Under the pieces are notes generated by a model. That model worked only from the letters and a program-made list of their open reading frames with translations. It had not been told where the DNA came from and ran no database searches. A program made the position numbers and the translations under genes. A DNA stretch of 63,786 nucleotides, counting the filler, from Reticulomyxa filosa (taxonomy: Eukaryota; Protista; Foraminifera): the NCBI GenBank assembly GCA_000512085.1. It is 13 parts of 13 records of this genome, joined end to end, with 100 filler letters (N's around TTAATTAATTAA, not from the genome) between each part and the next. Parts side by side here need not be neighbours in the genome. Positions count along the whole stretch, not along the records: positions 35,451 to 38,041 come from ASPP01024890.1; positions 38,142 to 40,891 come from ASPP01021707.1; positions 40,992 to 45,109 come from ASPP01006364.1; positions 45,210 to 46,333 come from ASPP01025148.1; positions 46,434 to 48,405 come from ASPP01018118.1; positions 48,506 to 51,499 come from ASPP01036983.1; 7 more parts are not named here. One strand, 5' to 3'. Shown here one piece after another: positions 36,240-49,960 of the stretch; position 1 is the first letter of the stretch, and every line of letters starts with the position of its first letter.

Positions 36240-38141
36240 AGTCATAAAACGTAGAAAAAAATCCTAGTTTTTCAGTATATAAAAATTGCATACTGCAACC
36301 AGGCGTGTCAATTTGTTTTTTTTTTTCCTTTTTGAGCCATGGAATAGAAATTGTGAAGTTTTTTTCCCACGGGTTCTCTTTAATTTGATAAGAACTTACA
36401 TTAATTATTTTTCTTTCGTTTTTATCTGGACTCAAAAAAAAAAATCTTTGATTAAAAGTTGTATTAATAGCTAAATCAAATAATATTTTAATATTGGCAG
36501 CCATAAACAAGTCAAAGAGGGCAAAACAAATTTCTTTTGCATACGATCAAACTTTACAATTGATAGTGATTTAAACAAAATAATCGCAAAAAAAAATTCA
36601 ATGAATAGAAACCAAACATTTTTATTGAGAAGACAACAAAGTTAATCGAACACAATAATTGTGTTTTTCTCTTGGGATTTATTGAAAAAACTACTAGACA
36701 TTGTGACATTACAGGTTCAGCTTTGCTTTTCATCTGGAGACAAGCTTGAACTTGTTGGATACTGGACTGACAAAGATGACAGTGAAAACAGTTAACAAAG
36801 CGAGAAAATACGAACTGACTCCAGCCTTTGACGTCGACGTTGATAATCCATACTTAAGAACACATTATTTATCTTTGATTATCGATATTAGTCTCGGATT
36901 TCTATCACACCAACATCACAACAATCCACTACCATGTATGACAATCCACAACGGACACCAAACCATTATCGGCATCCATTACCACGGTCAATCAACAAAT
37001 CATTAATCAATATCAGCTGCAATTTAACACGACGTGATTTTTTGTGGAAAGAATAATAAATTATATATGATAATAAACAATTTAGTGGTGAAATTTATCT
37101 AACGCTAGAGATTTATGACTGAATCCACATATCAACAGTCGCCATTCCATCGAAATAGCATGATACTTTTGGCCCAAATCACATATATGTCCATATAATC
37201 TTTTTTATTCGTGGAGGGCCTGCCCTGCAAGTGAACAAACTATCATTGTATCTCAACATAATATTGACAGGTGACGTGCTAACAGCACTCATGTCCTTAT
37301 TCATTTGGCGGAGACTTTACAATGATTGGGTATGTAATCATGCAGCTTTACTACATATACACATATTTTTACTACATTAATCATCAATTATTTACTATCT
37401 TGATTTAGTGTTGAATTTTATTTTAACACTAGAGACTTGTTGCGACTGTACAAACAAATTGCCACATCATTGTATCGAGAGCATGGAGAATTTTAACAAT
37501 CGTGACAACATATCAACAGTCGTTTTCTTTTCATGAGTTGCTTTCTTTTGCCGATCGATATTGATTATAAGGTGGCGGATAGATACATTTAATTAAATGT
37601 TTGATTGGAAGATTATATTGCATTGTCATAAGTTGATTTCAAGATTTTATAATATATGAATACAATATTGCTTTATTATTTCGACTTTCATCATAATTCG
37701 CTTTTTTTCAACATATCAAATAGTACGTTTTCTTTGAATATTTCAATCATTAGTTATTTATCTATTTATAAATAAATTAAAAAATATGTTTTTATTTAAT
37801 AAAACAAAAAAAAACATATAGTCTTTTTTTTTAGAATTGGGTCAAGTTCAATTGCTTCGACTATATTTCAAAGTACATACGAAATGAATAGTTTTAATGT
37901 TGCTCGAGTGCAAAGTCAGTTCTATCATGCATGATTTAAGTCTATAAATGATAAAATAGATTGCTGCAGACACTTGCAAATCTTCGATTTTGTGGCGTAA
38001 TAGGACTATGTTCATTGTAAATAGTCAACTGTATACACTCANNNNNNNNNNNNNNNNNNNNNNNNNNNNNNNNNNNNNNNNNNNNTTAATTAATTAANNN
38101 NNNNNNNNNNNNNNNNNNNNNNNNNNNNNNNNNNNNNNNNN

Positions 38142-38173
<32 letters not shown>

Positions 38174-38232
38174 AAAAGATCCCCCCCCCTTTTTTTTTTT
38201 TTTTGTGTGCACTTCTTTTTTTTTTGTTTGAA

Positions 38233-39035
38233 TCAAACTTCCAGAAATTGTGATTCCATTTCGGCCATTGCTTCGCCAATGCCTGGTTCCAACCACGTGA
38301 CAAACCTTCGAATGGCACTCAAGTCGGCGCGGAACATTTTTTCCATTTCTGGATACTGCAGCTTAATGCACACCTCGTCTTTTGTCGCATTATTCAATAT
38401 CGCTCTATGTGCCTGTCCGATGCTCGCCGCCCCCAACGGCTTTTCGTCAATACGTAAAAACACGTCCTCCACCTTTCGATTCAACTCTTTCTCGATCACA
38501 CTTCGCACGTATTTCATATCTTGAGCTGGTACACCATCCTACACTTTTGTTTTCCCCGCATCCCCCCCCATGCACGCATACCTCAAAATTTCCAGAAATT
38601 TCTGGGCCATCACAAAAAAAAAATACATATATATACATATGTATACAGATTTTTTTGTTTCGAGACCTGGAGTGTTCGTAATTTGTCAATCCAAGATTGA
38701 GGCACGACATCAGGACGTGACGTGGCAAACTGACCGGCTTTCACAAATAAACCGCGCAAGTCCAAAATAATGTCTAACACCCGCTGGGAGTATTTTTCAT
38801 TCAGTTCGTCGAATTTCTTGTCCAGAGTATCGTAGCGAATGCGGTAGTCGGCACTCCATTTCGTCCTCACGTCGTGGAGGCTTTGGCACACTCTGTAGTG
38901 AGCCAAGATTGGAACGGCTTGCTTGTAAAACTTAAACTGACGACGAAACCCTTCGTCACTATATATTAAGGCCCCTCCTATCACACTTGAGCCAAGGACT
39001 ACGCGAAAAGTTACGCGAAACGCTGTTTTCAGCAT
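38233..39035 (-). CDS. ABC1/ADCK (UbiB) atypical kinase, 3'-partial
   Basis: LRGLFVKAGQF, LRTLQ|DGVP, PLGAASIGQAHRA, VCIKLQYP, FRADL. Intron approx. 38540-38667. Confidence 0.92.
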
Positions 39036-39315
39036 CTTTAATGTACGATAAAAAGATTATTCACGCAACAAGTGTAAAAGGGGGAGAGGAGCGAGAAAAA
39101 AGTTCACCAAAGCAACAAATGTGGAAACATAAATTAATAATATTTATATTTCGGAAAATAAAAATTGGAAAATCAATTTTTTTTTAATTTGATAATGACA
39201 CTAGTGAGTTAAACAAAGGCAGTGGAATGGGTCATGAGAATTAAAAAAAACATTTTCTGTGGTCAAGGACCTTTTAAAGTACGGACAGCTATTGAATAGC
39301 CAAAAAAAAAAAAAA

Positions 39316-40062
39316 ATGATGAAAAAGAGCGTGTCATTGTGGTGGATGTTATGGTGTATCACTTTAGCTGTGTGGACGATACTAGTAGTGACCGGCGACA
39401 TGAACACATGTCCGTCGGACGACCCTTGCATTGGGTGCAACCAAGTGCAAAACTGTTCGACAGAAGACTGGGTGTGTGTGACAGTGCCAGCAAACCGACA
39501 CAACGTGGACGCACATGACGAGGAGTTGTTAGTGGAAAACGAACTGAAAGGATTGACGAATGCGACCACACTCACATATCGCCTAGTGTTCCACAACAAC
39601 ACATTAACTTATCCTTGCGACATTGACACATGGTGTTCGAACGTAAACAAGTTGTTTGGGTTTTCGCGAGGCTTTATTCCGGTCATGCATATGTCATGTA
39701 TTTTCGGATGGCGTCGATACTTCCCCGATCCGCAAGTATACGTAAATCAAAGTGATATGATCGCCATCTACGGATACGGATGGAAGAACCATCGCTTACC
39801 GCCATGGGAAACCCCTGGACAGATGCCTTTCATGACCTTTGTCAAGGCAGAGACGCAGTACATTTTCCAAGTCACTCAAAATAAGTTCAACTGCACTTAT
39901 AGCATTTGGGATGATACGCATCAAACCTTACTCGCTTATAACTTCACTCCACAAGAACCACCCATGCCGGGACCATCATACCAGTTCCTGCTATACTTTG
40001 GCGGCACTGAGACCACGTCACAGCCGGTCACTGTCTCTTATAGCCGCTTTGCTCCTTGCTGA
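39316..40062 (+). CDS. Intronless secreted beta-rich protein of unknown function
   Basis: Hydrophobic N-terminus and a Cys-rich segment, followed by NKLFGFS, SCIFGWR, IYGY and LLYFGGTETT motifs. Confidence 0.75.
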   Translation: MMKKSVSLWWMLWCITLAVWTILVVTGDMNTCPSDDPCIGCNQVQNCSTEDWVCVTVPANRHNVDAHDEELLVENELKGLTNATTLTYRLVFHNNTLTYPCDIDTWCSNVNKLFGFSRGFIPVMHMSCIFGWRRYFPDPQVYVNQSDMIAIYGYGWKNHRLPPWETPGQMPFMTFVKAETQYIFQVTQNKFNCTYSIWDDTHQTLLAYNFTPQEPPMPGPSYQFLLYFGGTETTSQPVTVSYSRFAPC

Positions 40063-41196
40063 TATTTTTTTTTGGGATTTGTTGTGATCTTATATATGTG
40101 TACATGTTCTAGGTGATTCATGATTTTTTTGTATGCGTGTATCTTTTCACATTTTTGTGTACGTTGTTTGAAATATGTTACCTTATTGTTCATTCTTTTT
40201 TTTTTTCCACCAATATTTTTCAATCAGTTGGGTCACATTAACGAATATCTCATATTTCGCTATTTTTTCAATTCTTTGTTATTTTCAAAAAGAAAAGACT
40301 GTCTTTTTTTTTCTATCAAGTAACATTATTCATCACAAAAGTTTAGTGATATAGAAAAAATGAATCCATAAACGAACTCTCCAAGGAGGAAACACTTGGA
40401 GACTAGATGTTTTCAACTGCAGAAATAGAGAAAAATGCAAGAAAAGATTGATTCAACCTTATTTGGGTTGCTTATTTCAAGCAACTGATTCAGATATTGA
40501 TACGAGTAAATGATAGTTAAAAGAAGATTTCAAAAATGTGACAATATTGAAAACCAATAATGCAATCAAAATACAACAATTTTTATCATTATAACAACAA
40601 ATCACACAAGAAGCCTAAAAAGAAAAAAAACAAAATATGGAAAAAACCAATGTGTTCTTTTGCATCGTAGTTCATTATCGAAGGGATTGGACGGACAACA
40701 TTGCACAATTTTGCATTTTGTTGCAATGCTGTTCTTCATTTCCGGGTTGTTTGTGCGCATTTCGAGTCCATAATAAGTGCATTTGATTTGCTTCTACGAA
40801 CGGAACCAATAGCAATGGCGATCAATTGGAATGCAATATTCATGGCATTGTACTTATTCACATTTAATACAATGCTTTGATCATTGTATGANNNNNNNNN
40901 NNNNNNNNNNNNNNNNNNNNNNNNNNNNNNNNNNNTTAATTAATTAANNNNNNNNNNNNNNNNNNNNNNNNNNNNNNNNNNNNNNNNNNNNTTTTTTTTA
41001 TGTTCAATTTTTTTTTAACCATTTTTTTTTTTTTTATTTGTTTTCGTTTATTTGTTTTGTCTGAATTGTTTTTGTTTGAAAGTTATTATTTAAATTTTAA
41101 ATTTAAGATCTATTTGAAGTAATTTTTAAAAGTAATAAATGAAATGATGTAATAATAAACTTAAAAATTTAGTGTTTGAAACTTTCAATTGTCACA

Positions 41197-44132
41197 TTAA
41201 TCTTGTTTTGCTAACAATTGCACGTTTGCATTTTTTAAGATCGCTAATTCTTGATCGCTAAAAAATGTTTGATATTGAGTAATTCCGGCACTTTCAAGTG
41301 ATTTTTTTACTAATAATAGCGCTTTTTTTTGTGATTGTTGTTGCTCAACTGCAATTTTTTCTCTTTCCATGAGAAGAGGTCTCTCATCAATCCTAGCTTT
41401 CATTTCATGTTTGTATCGCTCCCATGCTTGAGAAGTTTGTTGTTGATCTTTTCTTGCTTTCAATTGAGCATCTTTTCTATTTTTTCTTTTTTTATAAACA
41501 TTTTTGTTGTATTTTGTTAATAATGATTTTTTCTGAAAATCATACCTCATTTGTTCATTATTATCTGTTATCACTCTTTTTAGTTTTCCTTTCCATCTCT
41601 GCTTGACGTCGTTTTCTTTCTGTCTCTGACTCAGTACAACCGTTGATTCATCTAATTCTTTTTGTTTCATCCTTTCAAGCCTAAATTGAACAGATTGATC
41701 ATGTTTTGCTGTCGATTTTGGCACTATTGTTGGCACGCTTCGTTGAATCGCCTTTTTTTTTTAACACTTTTTTTTTGCTGCTTTTCATTATTTTTAGAAT
41801 TTTGTCCTAGATTTCCTTCGCTTCGTGTAATCTTATTCTGAATGTATTTATATGGATCACATAATGAAAAATTTAGAATATTAACCTAAAAAAAAAAATC
41901 TTAACTCTCGAGGAATGGAAAGTAAATTCTTTCGGTTTTGTTTGTTTGAAATGTTTTTTGTGAATTGCCATTTGTTGTTGAAATTTAGCAAATTTTCTAT
42001 TTTTGAAGTATTGTTTATCAAAGTGAGAATAAATAAATGAACATTTTTGCACATAAGACAGAAAAAAAGAAGCTAAGCTTATTGAAGTCTGGCAATGTTG
42101 TATTTATTTTAGGACGGAATGTTTCTTCCTTTCTTATTTCCGTCTCAACTTTTCTTTTTTTTGACAACTGATTTTTTTTGTGTTTGTTCTCGTTCCACAT
42201 TTTCATTCGCGGTGGCAACGAAGAACTTCTCAACATGCGCTGTACGATGATTTGTGAGTTCAGTTATAATTAATTAGAATTATAAACAAAGGCAAGCCAA
42301 CATTGTACATTTACTGCTTTTTTTCCGTGTTTATTTTACCAAGAGGAAACACGTACCTCTGCTCTTTTTTTAATCCTTGCCTTCCTTTCATTGCTTTCTT
42401 TGTGTATTTCGCCGAGTACAAAGGCACCTTGGCAAACCACGGTACTTCTTTGGCATGGAATTGTTTTTCAGGTGCATCTTCTTGTTTCGATTGCTTTTTC
42501 TCTGTATCCCTTTTCTTTTTTTTTTTTTTTTAAATCCCCCCTTGCGTTCAATCTGCTCAAATTTATTTATTTGTTTCAATCGACATACCGACTGCACTGC
42601 ACTTCGAAAAGAAGACCATGGCACAGGACTCGCTTTGAATTGGAAGTTCAAAATGTCTTCTTCTTTTTTTTTTCGGCGTCCATCCACTCCAGAAACTTGC
42701 GTTTGGCGATGTTTTCGTGTTTGTGTTTGTGTTTGCCATCGCCGTGAAAACTGAACGGCTTTGGTACCGTCACTTTTTGCTTGTCCACATATCTGCGGAT
42801 CTTTTTCGCGTTCGCTGGCGCGCTTTGTGGTCGCTCGATTGAACCATCTTCCAATGGCTCGCTGCTTTCCACTTGCTGGCAAAACGCACTTTCGATCATT
42901 GTCAAATTTTGCGCTTGTTGCGAACGTATTTTATGCAACGTCCGCTCCATGCTGTCCTCCGAATCGGTATTGTTCCCCATTGGGTCGGAAAATGTTAAGA
43001 CATCCGACATCTCACTTTCTGAGGAATTTTCCTTGCTTTCTTCTTCTATTTGAGTTTTTTTTTTGCACCCTTTTTTTTTTAAAAAAAAAACTCCTTCCGT
43101 TTTTTTTAAAAAATTTTTTAATGCGAGTTCGAGTTATTAATTTTTATAGTAAGAAGGTTCTTTTGCTTTTTTTTTAACCTCGATGAAGGGAAATTGTCTC
43201 TTCGATCAGGTTCGTACTCAGCACACGTCTTCGTTCCGATTGTGGGTTCAGTGCTCCTTCAAGCTTTTCCCTTTGCGCTTTTAGGGCTTCAATTTTTTCT
43301 CGTAACCTTTTTTCGGTTTCTTCCATTTGCTGCTCTTCCGTTTGATACAGAGAGTCAATCTCATTTTTAACTTCATTTTCACTGCTTTTTGATTCTTTTT
43401 AGTTCATGTTTTTTTGGAATTATCGACATGTTGCTTTTGAACATTTTTATAAAAAAAAAAAGGAACGTACCAGGAAAGTTTATTTGTCTAATTGCTTTAA
43501 ATTTTTGATTCAAATTTTCTCTCGAATTTTCGGCTGTTGTGTCGATTTGTGATGTTGTCTGAAAATTTTCAACTTGTTTGATTCGAGACCGGAAAGGTCC
43601 CCTATGCGGACTTGTTAATTCAGACGGACATCTGTTATATTGTAAAAACATTCCATAAGTTGTACTATTTATCACCTTTTCCAAAAAAAGTAAAATTTTA
43701 AAAATATGGTATCAAACCTAGTTCTTGCAATATTCACTGTTGGTTCCTTGGATTTAATATTTTCAATAGTTTTTTTGTTATTTTTTGCGTTAAAATTAGT
43801 CGTTATTGAATTTACAGTGCGAGGCCTTGGGGTTTGCACAGATCGTTCTTAAGTATTATTGCAGTATTATCATTGTTTGAGTTAATCTTTTTGAAGAAAA
43901 GTCAAACAGGTCCTTGTCAACCAAACTGAGTTTTGAAGTATCAGTTCGAATTTTTCTCTCTTTGATACAATAAAATGGAGGCGCAACATAGGCCAGTATT
44001 GGAATGCTATGTTGTTGTGCAATTTTTGTTTTAGGATCACGGGCCGCCACTTGGCAAAACTGCAAGTTGGTTGCCATCCGTCAACGCACTAATGGAACTG
44101 CTTCGTCGTGTTCTATAATTCTTTGATGTCAT
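41197..44132 (-). CDS. FAM161: FAM161 (UPF0564) family microtubule/centriole protein, multi-exon; start approximate
   Basis: KVTVPKPFSF, NFQFKASPVP, LRSSSLPPRM, TFRPKINTTLPDFNKL, KTKPKEFTF and DERPLLMER occur in the order known for FAM161A/B. Confidence 0.8.
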
Positions 44133-44514
44133 ATTTCCATTACGTCTTAACTCATCATCTTTTGACTTTTATGATGTTTTTAAAACGAGTTACGTAGATA
44201 CTGCCAAAAGGTGTTGAAATCTAGGCTATGACTTTGCTTATGTGTAGCATTTTTTGACAAGAGTAAAATGTTGATTGATTGTTCTTTTTTAAAATTGTCA
44301 TTTTTTTCAAAAAGACGTAAATAGTTTTAAATTAAGGTAACCAAGCAAAAAATCAAATAGCATATGGTTATTTGCCTATTTTTTTGAGCATTCAAAAGTA
44401 GCTTTGGATATGTATCAACAGCAGAATACGTTTTAAAAAAAACCGCAACTCAGTTTTTGCAAAAGCAGAATGTGGAAGCCCTTTTAAGAGAAATCTTTTC
44501 TAATAATTTTCGAA

Positions 44515-45040
44515 ATGAGACCGAATTTATTAGCAGGCCTTCAAAAGGATATAAAAAAATTGCGTGCAAAAGATCCACCAAAAGAGCCTGTGTATGTAGA
44601 ATGGAAGGAGTTGGTGGAAGCACAGCTCAGTTCAAACTCGAAAGAGGCCCCGAATACGACGAGCGCCGAGAGCAAAGAGGAGACGACGTCGACAAGGATT
44701 ACAGCACGAGATTACGTAAGTATTGTCGCCGTGAGTGACACGCACATGCAGCACCGCCAATTGACAATGAAAAGTGCCGACATACTAGTTTTGAGTGGAG
44801 ACTTTACTAACAATGGAACCGTCGAAGAAGCAAAAGACGTGAACATATGGTTAGGAGAGTTATCAGCCCAAAAAAAGTATAAGCACATATTGGTGTGCGC
44901 AGGCAACCACGAAGGCTACAACGAACTGAGTGACCCTCTACTTTGCAAAAAGACTATGAGTAACTGCACATTCTTGCACGACGAAAGCACTACTATTCTG
45001 GGAATCAAATTTTATGCAACCCCTTGGACAAAAAACTTGT
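44515..45040 (+). CDS. Calcineurin-like metallophosphoesterase (MPPED/239FB-like), 3'-partial
   Basis: VAVSDTH, LVLSGDFT, CAGNHE, FLHDES, GIKFYATPW. Confidence 0.88.
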
Positions 45041-48000
45041 TTTGCATACAAAAAAAAAATTTTAAATTTTTTTTTTTTTTTTAATTTAAAAAAAAAAAAA
45101 AAAAAAAAANNNNNNNNNNNNNNNNNNNNNNNNNNNNNNNNNNNNNNNNNNNNTTAATTAATTAANNNNNNNNNNNNNNNNNNNNNNNNNNNNNNNNNNN
45201 NNNNNNNNNTTTGCTAACTTCATGAACTTTAAAGGCCCTTTTGATATATTGGGGATCAAAACTCATTTGTGTCAATGCTTCTGTCACTTTTATTTATTCG
45301 TGTAATATATATGCGTGTGCTTCACTGCTTTTTTTTTGTATTGTATCGAGAGGAAGAGAAGCCTCAAATTCTTTTTTCATTGTTGTTGAATATGGCGAAC
45401 ATACAAGCTTCTATGTCCTGCCTATTTTTTTGTTCATAACAAAAAATTCCCTCTTGTATACCAAACGTTGCATATTAACAACACTCTTTAAAAAAAAATA
45501 CTTCTCCAAACATTCTATATTAAGTTCGGCTCTAGATTCTTCTCACAATACACGTTATTTGCAACAACGACGTGATATGCTCGCTCACGAATTTATTTGT
45601 TCGCTTTTTTTTTTTCTCTTCCCCTTTTTGACTGTAAACATGTTTCAACGGCATAACTTTCAATTTAGTATTACTGCTTTCAAAAAAGATTACAAATATT
45701 AAAAACGCTCTTAGACTGATGCTACCAGACCTGAGTGTATTTTCCAAATCAATGCAATGTACTTTTTTGGCAGGCACCTGTAAGAAAAAGAAGTAGAGGA
45801 AGTATGTTTTAAAAATTGACTTTAAACCAAATTTAAACATTTTCATTCAATGTTACATTGGAAATGCAGGACATTTCAAATAATGACGATCAAGGACATT
45901 TCTGTATTTTTGTCAGTTCTATAGTATCATTATCAACTTTTTGGAGATTTGTATCAACTAGTTGCTATGTGTATCAACTGACAATCGTAAAAAATACATA
46001 TCAATTGTAAAAAAATAAAGTTATGATTTATCGCATTATTGTCGGATTTACCGAAGAAAATAAAATTGTTTGTTTTCGGATTTTTAAAAACGTTTTTTAA
46101 CAAGCGGCAACATTTTTTCCTCTAGCTCTTGTTGGTGGTATAGAAAACACTTTGTGGTGGCCGTAAGTGAAGTTTTAGTGGTTCTTATTTTTAACAATGT
46201 TATGAAAGTTCTGGAGGAAAAAAGCCCTTTGTTGGAAAAAAATTGTTGCTGACAGCTTTCTAACAAAGACAAATTAATGTTAACTTTAATTGAGATACAT
46301 TCTGAATGCAAAGATATGTTATCCAATTGTTGANNNNNNNNNNNNNNNNNNNNNNNNNNNNNNNNNNNNNNNNNNNNTTAATTAATTAANNNNNNNNNNN
46401 NNNNNNNNNNNNNNNNNNNNNNNNNNNNNNNNNATACAAAGTATTTAATGACATATTGATGACAAATTACATCAATCATTTTTTTTGTATGTTATTGTTG
46501 TCAACAATGAACTAAAATGTTACAAATTTCATCGTATTGTTGCCATTGTACAAATTATTGTGCAATCATAACAGATTTGAGTTAATTGTAATGTATTTTT
46601 AAATGAACTTAGATTTCAAGATTAAAAAAAGGACCACATTGTGTAAGAGTCTGTCCATGTGATGTTGTTCAAGTATGTGCACTCCCTACAAAATGTTTTT
46701 AAAAAGAGGTATTGAAAAATACCACTATGTGCACATCAGTGATTGACTGATTACAATATCTACACGTTTGCCTAAGATTAATCAAACCAGAAGTGGAAAG
46801 CCTTGCACAATGAATGGATCATGAAATTTGTTGAAAAAACCTAAACACAAGATTTTTGCATTTATTTAATTGGATTAATCGAAGTTATACACTTAAACTG
46901 GATGCTTATATGTTGTTAACTGTTGGATGTCAAATATGCTTTAACGATCGTTGCTAATATTTAGTATACCAGCGAGCTTTAGTCGGTAAGTTTGATCGGT
47001 TCAGGACAGTGTCAAAAGTCAGGGCCAAAGCAAGAGGGCATTGACTGATACTTTATGTGTGAGAAGTAGAAAGGCCAAAACAGTCATATTTATCAATTGT
47101 TTGGGTTCTGGTTTCGCTTGCTTGAACCAGTTCCCCTTTTCAGACTTTTTTCCAAAGATGCAACAATAGAATACACAGACCAAGTATCAAGCAAAAAGAA
47201 AAAAATTCCAATAACTATTCGTTACTATTTTTTGTCGTTTAGCCGGAATAAGATTTGACATCGCAAAAAAAAGGCAAGTCTTAGATAATGCAAATAATAT
47301 TTTCATTTAAAGAAAAGAAAATTTTACATTTGTGATAGTTTCGTCGGATTTTTTAAGATTAAGATGATTTTAAGATTTAAAAACAAATATTTCAATATCA
47401 TTGCATTTTGAAAGAGGGAACAGGAACGCCAATGAGCTAAAACAAAATAAAAAAACTTGCTGCATGTGTTTCTATTGCAAATGTTGAAAAAATCTCGTCC
47501 CTCGTCAAGTATAACAAATGAAAATGAAGAGTATTAATGCGAAAAAGGTCAGCATCCGACGTTACAAAAAAGTGAAGAGAAAACAGTACTCTTTTGAAAT
47601 ATGAGGACTGTCCTCTGAGCAATGCCCTTTTCTACGTTGGTGGTATTAATCTCTTATTTTAATTCTTGCAAGAGATTTGCGCTTGTTGGGAACAAAAAAA
47701 AGACAATAAAAATGATGGCCAATCAGACATTGGATTTAATACTTTTTATATTAGCGATCATGGGACAATCGCTACCTCTTTCTTTCCAAATCATTGAAAT
47801 TATCAGCAACAAGCAAGCATGCAGACATCACCACGAGCGATTCCAATCGAATGGAATAATTTGGCATTATAACGGAAATGAATGTCAGTGACTCCATGGT
47901 ATGCATACACAGCATGTCCATTGTAGAAGAGTTTGTATCAATGTCATCCTTGGAATAACTTCCTCTTTAATGCATACATAATATCGTCACTTAACAAACA

Positions 48001-49081
48001 ACTCGATGTATGCACAAATATTTTTTAAAAAATATACAGTGCGGACTGAGACGTGAGTGTGTTCGAGTGAATCGATTCGTTTGGCAAACAACTCCCTCAT
48101 TTTTCTTGCTGTGCACATATGGACCCAACATCTTCGACCCACTCATTGTGGCTCAGCTGCACATTACACTCACTTCGTCGATTAAATCTCTCTGCCTTCA
48201 CAAAACAACAGTCTTAAATGGCAGTCCTTCTGGAACACGTATAAAGAGAACAAGCACATTTACAAGTACTTAGAGGTATGAAATATGAAGCATTTTTCAC
48301 ATATTCAGTGGCTACGAAACACTTGTTCTTGCTTTTGTTTAAAATCACTATGGTCCTGTTTTTCCATAACCTTTTTTTTGTTTTTTGATTGGGAAATTTT
48401 TTTTTNNNNNNNNNNNNNNNNNNNNNNNNNNNNNNNNNNNNNNNNNNNNTTAATTAATTAANNNNNNNNNNNNNNNNNNNNNNNNNNNNNNNNNNNNNNN
48501 NNNNNTTGTTTCTGTTTTCGCCACAATCTTGTTGAAGACGAAAATCGTTGTTAATATCGAAGATTAACTTCGAACTTCTTTCAGATACTGCTAGATGTTG
48601 CAGTATCTAGTTGTTATGTGCTTGCCTTCCTTCAAAATACAACTTTTTTTTCAAAAGTTTATCTCGATGGTGAAGGATTTTTTTTTTTTTTTATATCTTT
48701 GTGTGGTGTGTAACTTTGGATGTGGAAGTGATTTTTAAATTTTACCTCGTATATTGTCCTCAGTTGCTTTAAGTGTATCGCTAAAAGTTTTTTTTAGCTG
48801 AAAGTTTAGATCTAATCCTAAAAAAAAAAATTCTATATCAGATCATCGTGACGATCTGACGCTTTCAAAATAAAAACCGTTGGAACATGTGTAAAACTTC
48901 AAGATACTTCATTATCTCAAAAAGATCAAACTCGATATCGAGATATCAAGATCAAGGTGTCTTAAGATGACAACTGAACCAACCAATCAAAATAAAAAGT
49001 GCCAACTGAAAAGCTTCCAGTAGTGATATTCACATTTGCAGATCAATCGAACATTGTCGTAAATCAAAAAATTACAATCAA

Positions 49082-49960
49082 ATGTCACGAGATCTTCGAA
49101 AAAATATTGGGAAACCATATAAACAATTATTGAAAATGACGTATACGTCCACAATCAAAAAGACTAACAAATTAGTGTTACACCTCAACAGAAATAGTAA
49201 TGTGGATAATTTTCAATATATTGTGAATGACATTAATGCAGCAGTATCATGCGAATACACCATTTGTCATGTGTCAGATAGCGAATTCAAGACGAAAGAG
49301 GTAGTTTTGAAAGGAATTGGTTTTGAAGAAGATATTGCTGATATTCAATCAGAATTGGAGAATGGAGGTCATGCGATTAGAACAGTTTATCGTTGGGAGA
49401 AATCGTAAACAGTCATTCATATACATTACAAACTATAGATCAAGCCAATCTAGTGAAGCAGCATGCGAAATTGCGTATTGGTTTCATCCATGCACTATTA
49501 TAAATAATAACATAAAAAATATAGAAACAAAAGACAACAATCTCAAAATGTTGTTGATGAGAAACAACAACAACAGATAATATACAAAAATGAAATTTTA
49601 GACCCAAATACAGCAACAAAATTGGATAGATTAACATTCCAAGATCATTTACGGAACACAATGACATTCCTACGGTCATTGAGTAAACAAGACCGTATGG
49701 ATATGTATAAAAATACTTCTCATTGGAAAGAATATATTTCCAAAGATTATAAATACATTACAAGCACCAGATTGTTATCTATGATCGGGGCTAAAGACGT
49801 AACTGTATTCAAAGAAAGACAGGACCGAACATGCAATGCACCAATGTGGAAATTGTTGAAAGACCTAAGTCCAAGTCTTTCTACAAGATTACCTTCAATG
49901 ATACAATTGGAGCTGCAAGATATTCGAAGACTGCTTCATTCAAGCGATATTAGGATATGA
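49082..49960 (+). mobile_element. Degenerate gag/ORF1-like remnant of a non-LTR retroelement
   Basis: EVVLKGI...DIQSELENGGHAIRTVYR resembles the LINE ORF1 pre-zinc-knuckle region. Broken by stops and frameshifts. Same contig as the RT remnant. Confidence 0.4.

Noticed and set aside
37255-37335. Faint resemblance to SSU rRNA 3' major domain motifs (GACGT...TCATG.CCTTA...TACAATG)
   Set aside because: The matches are short and gapped, and no flanking universal rRNA motifs are present. It could equally be a decayed exon.
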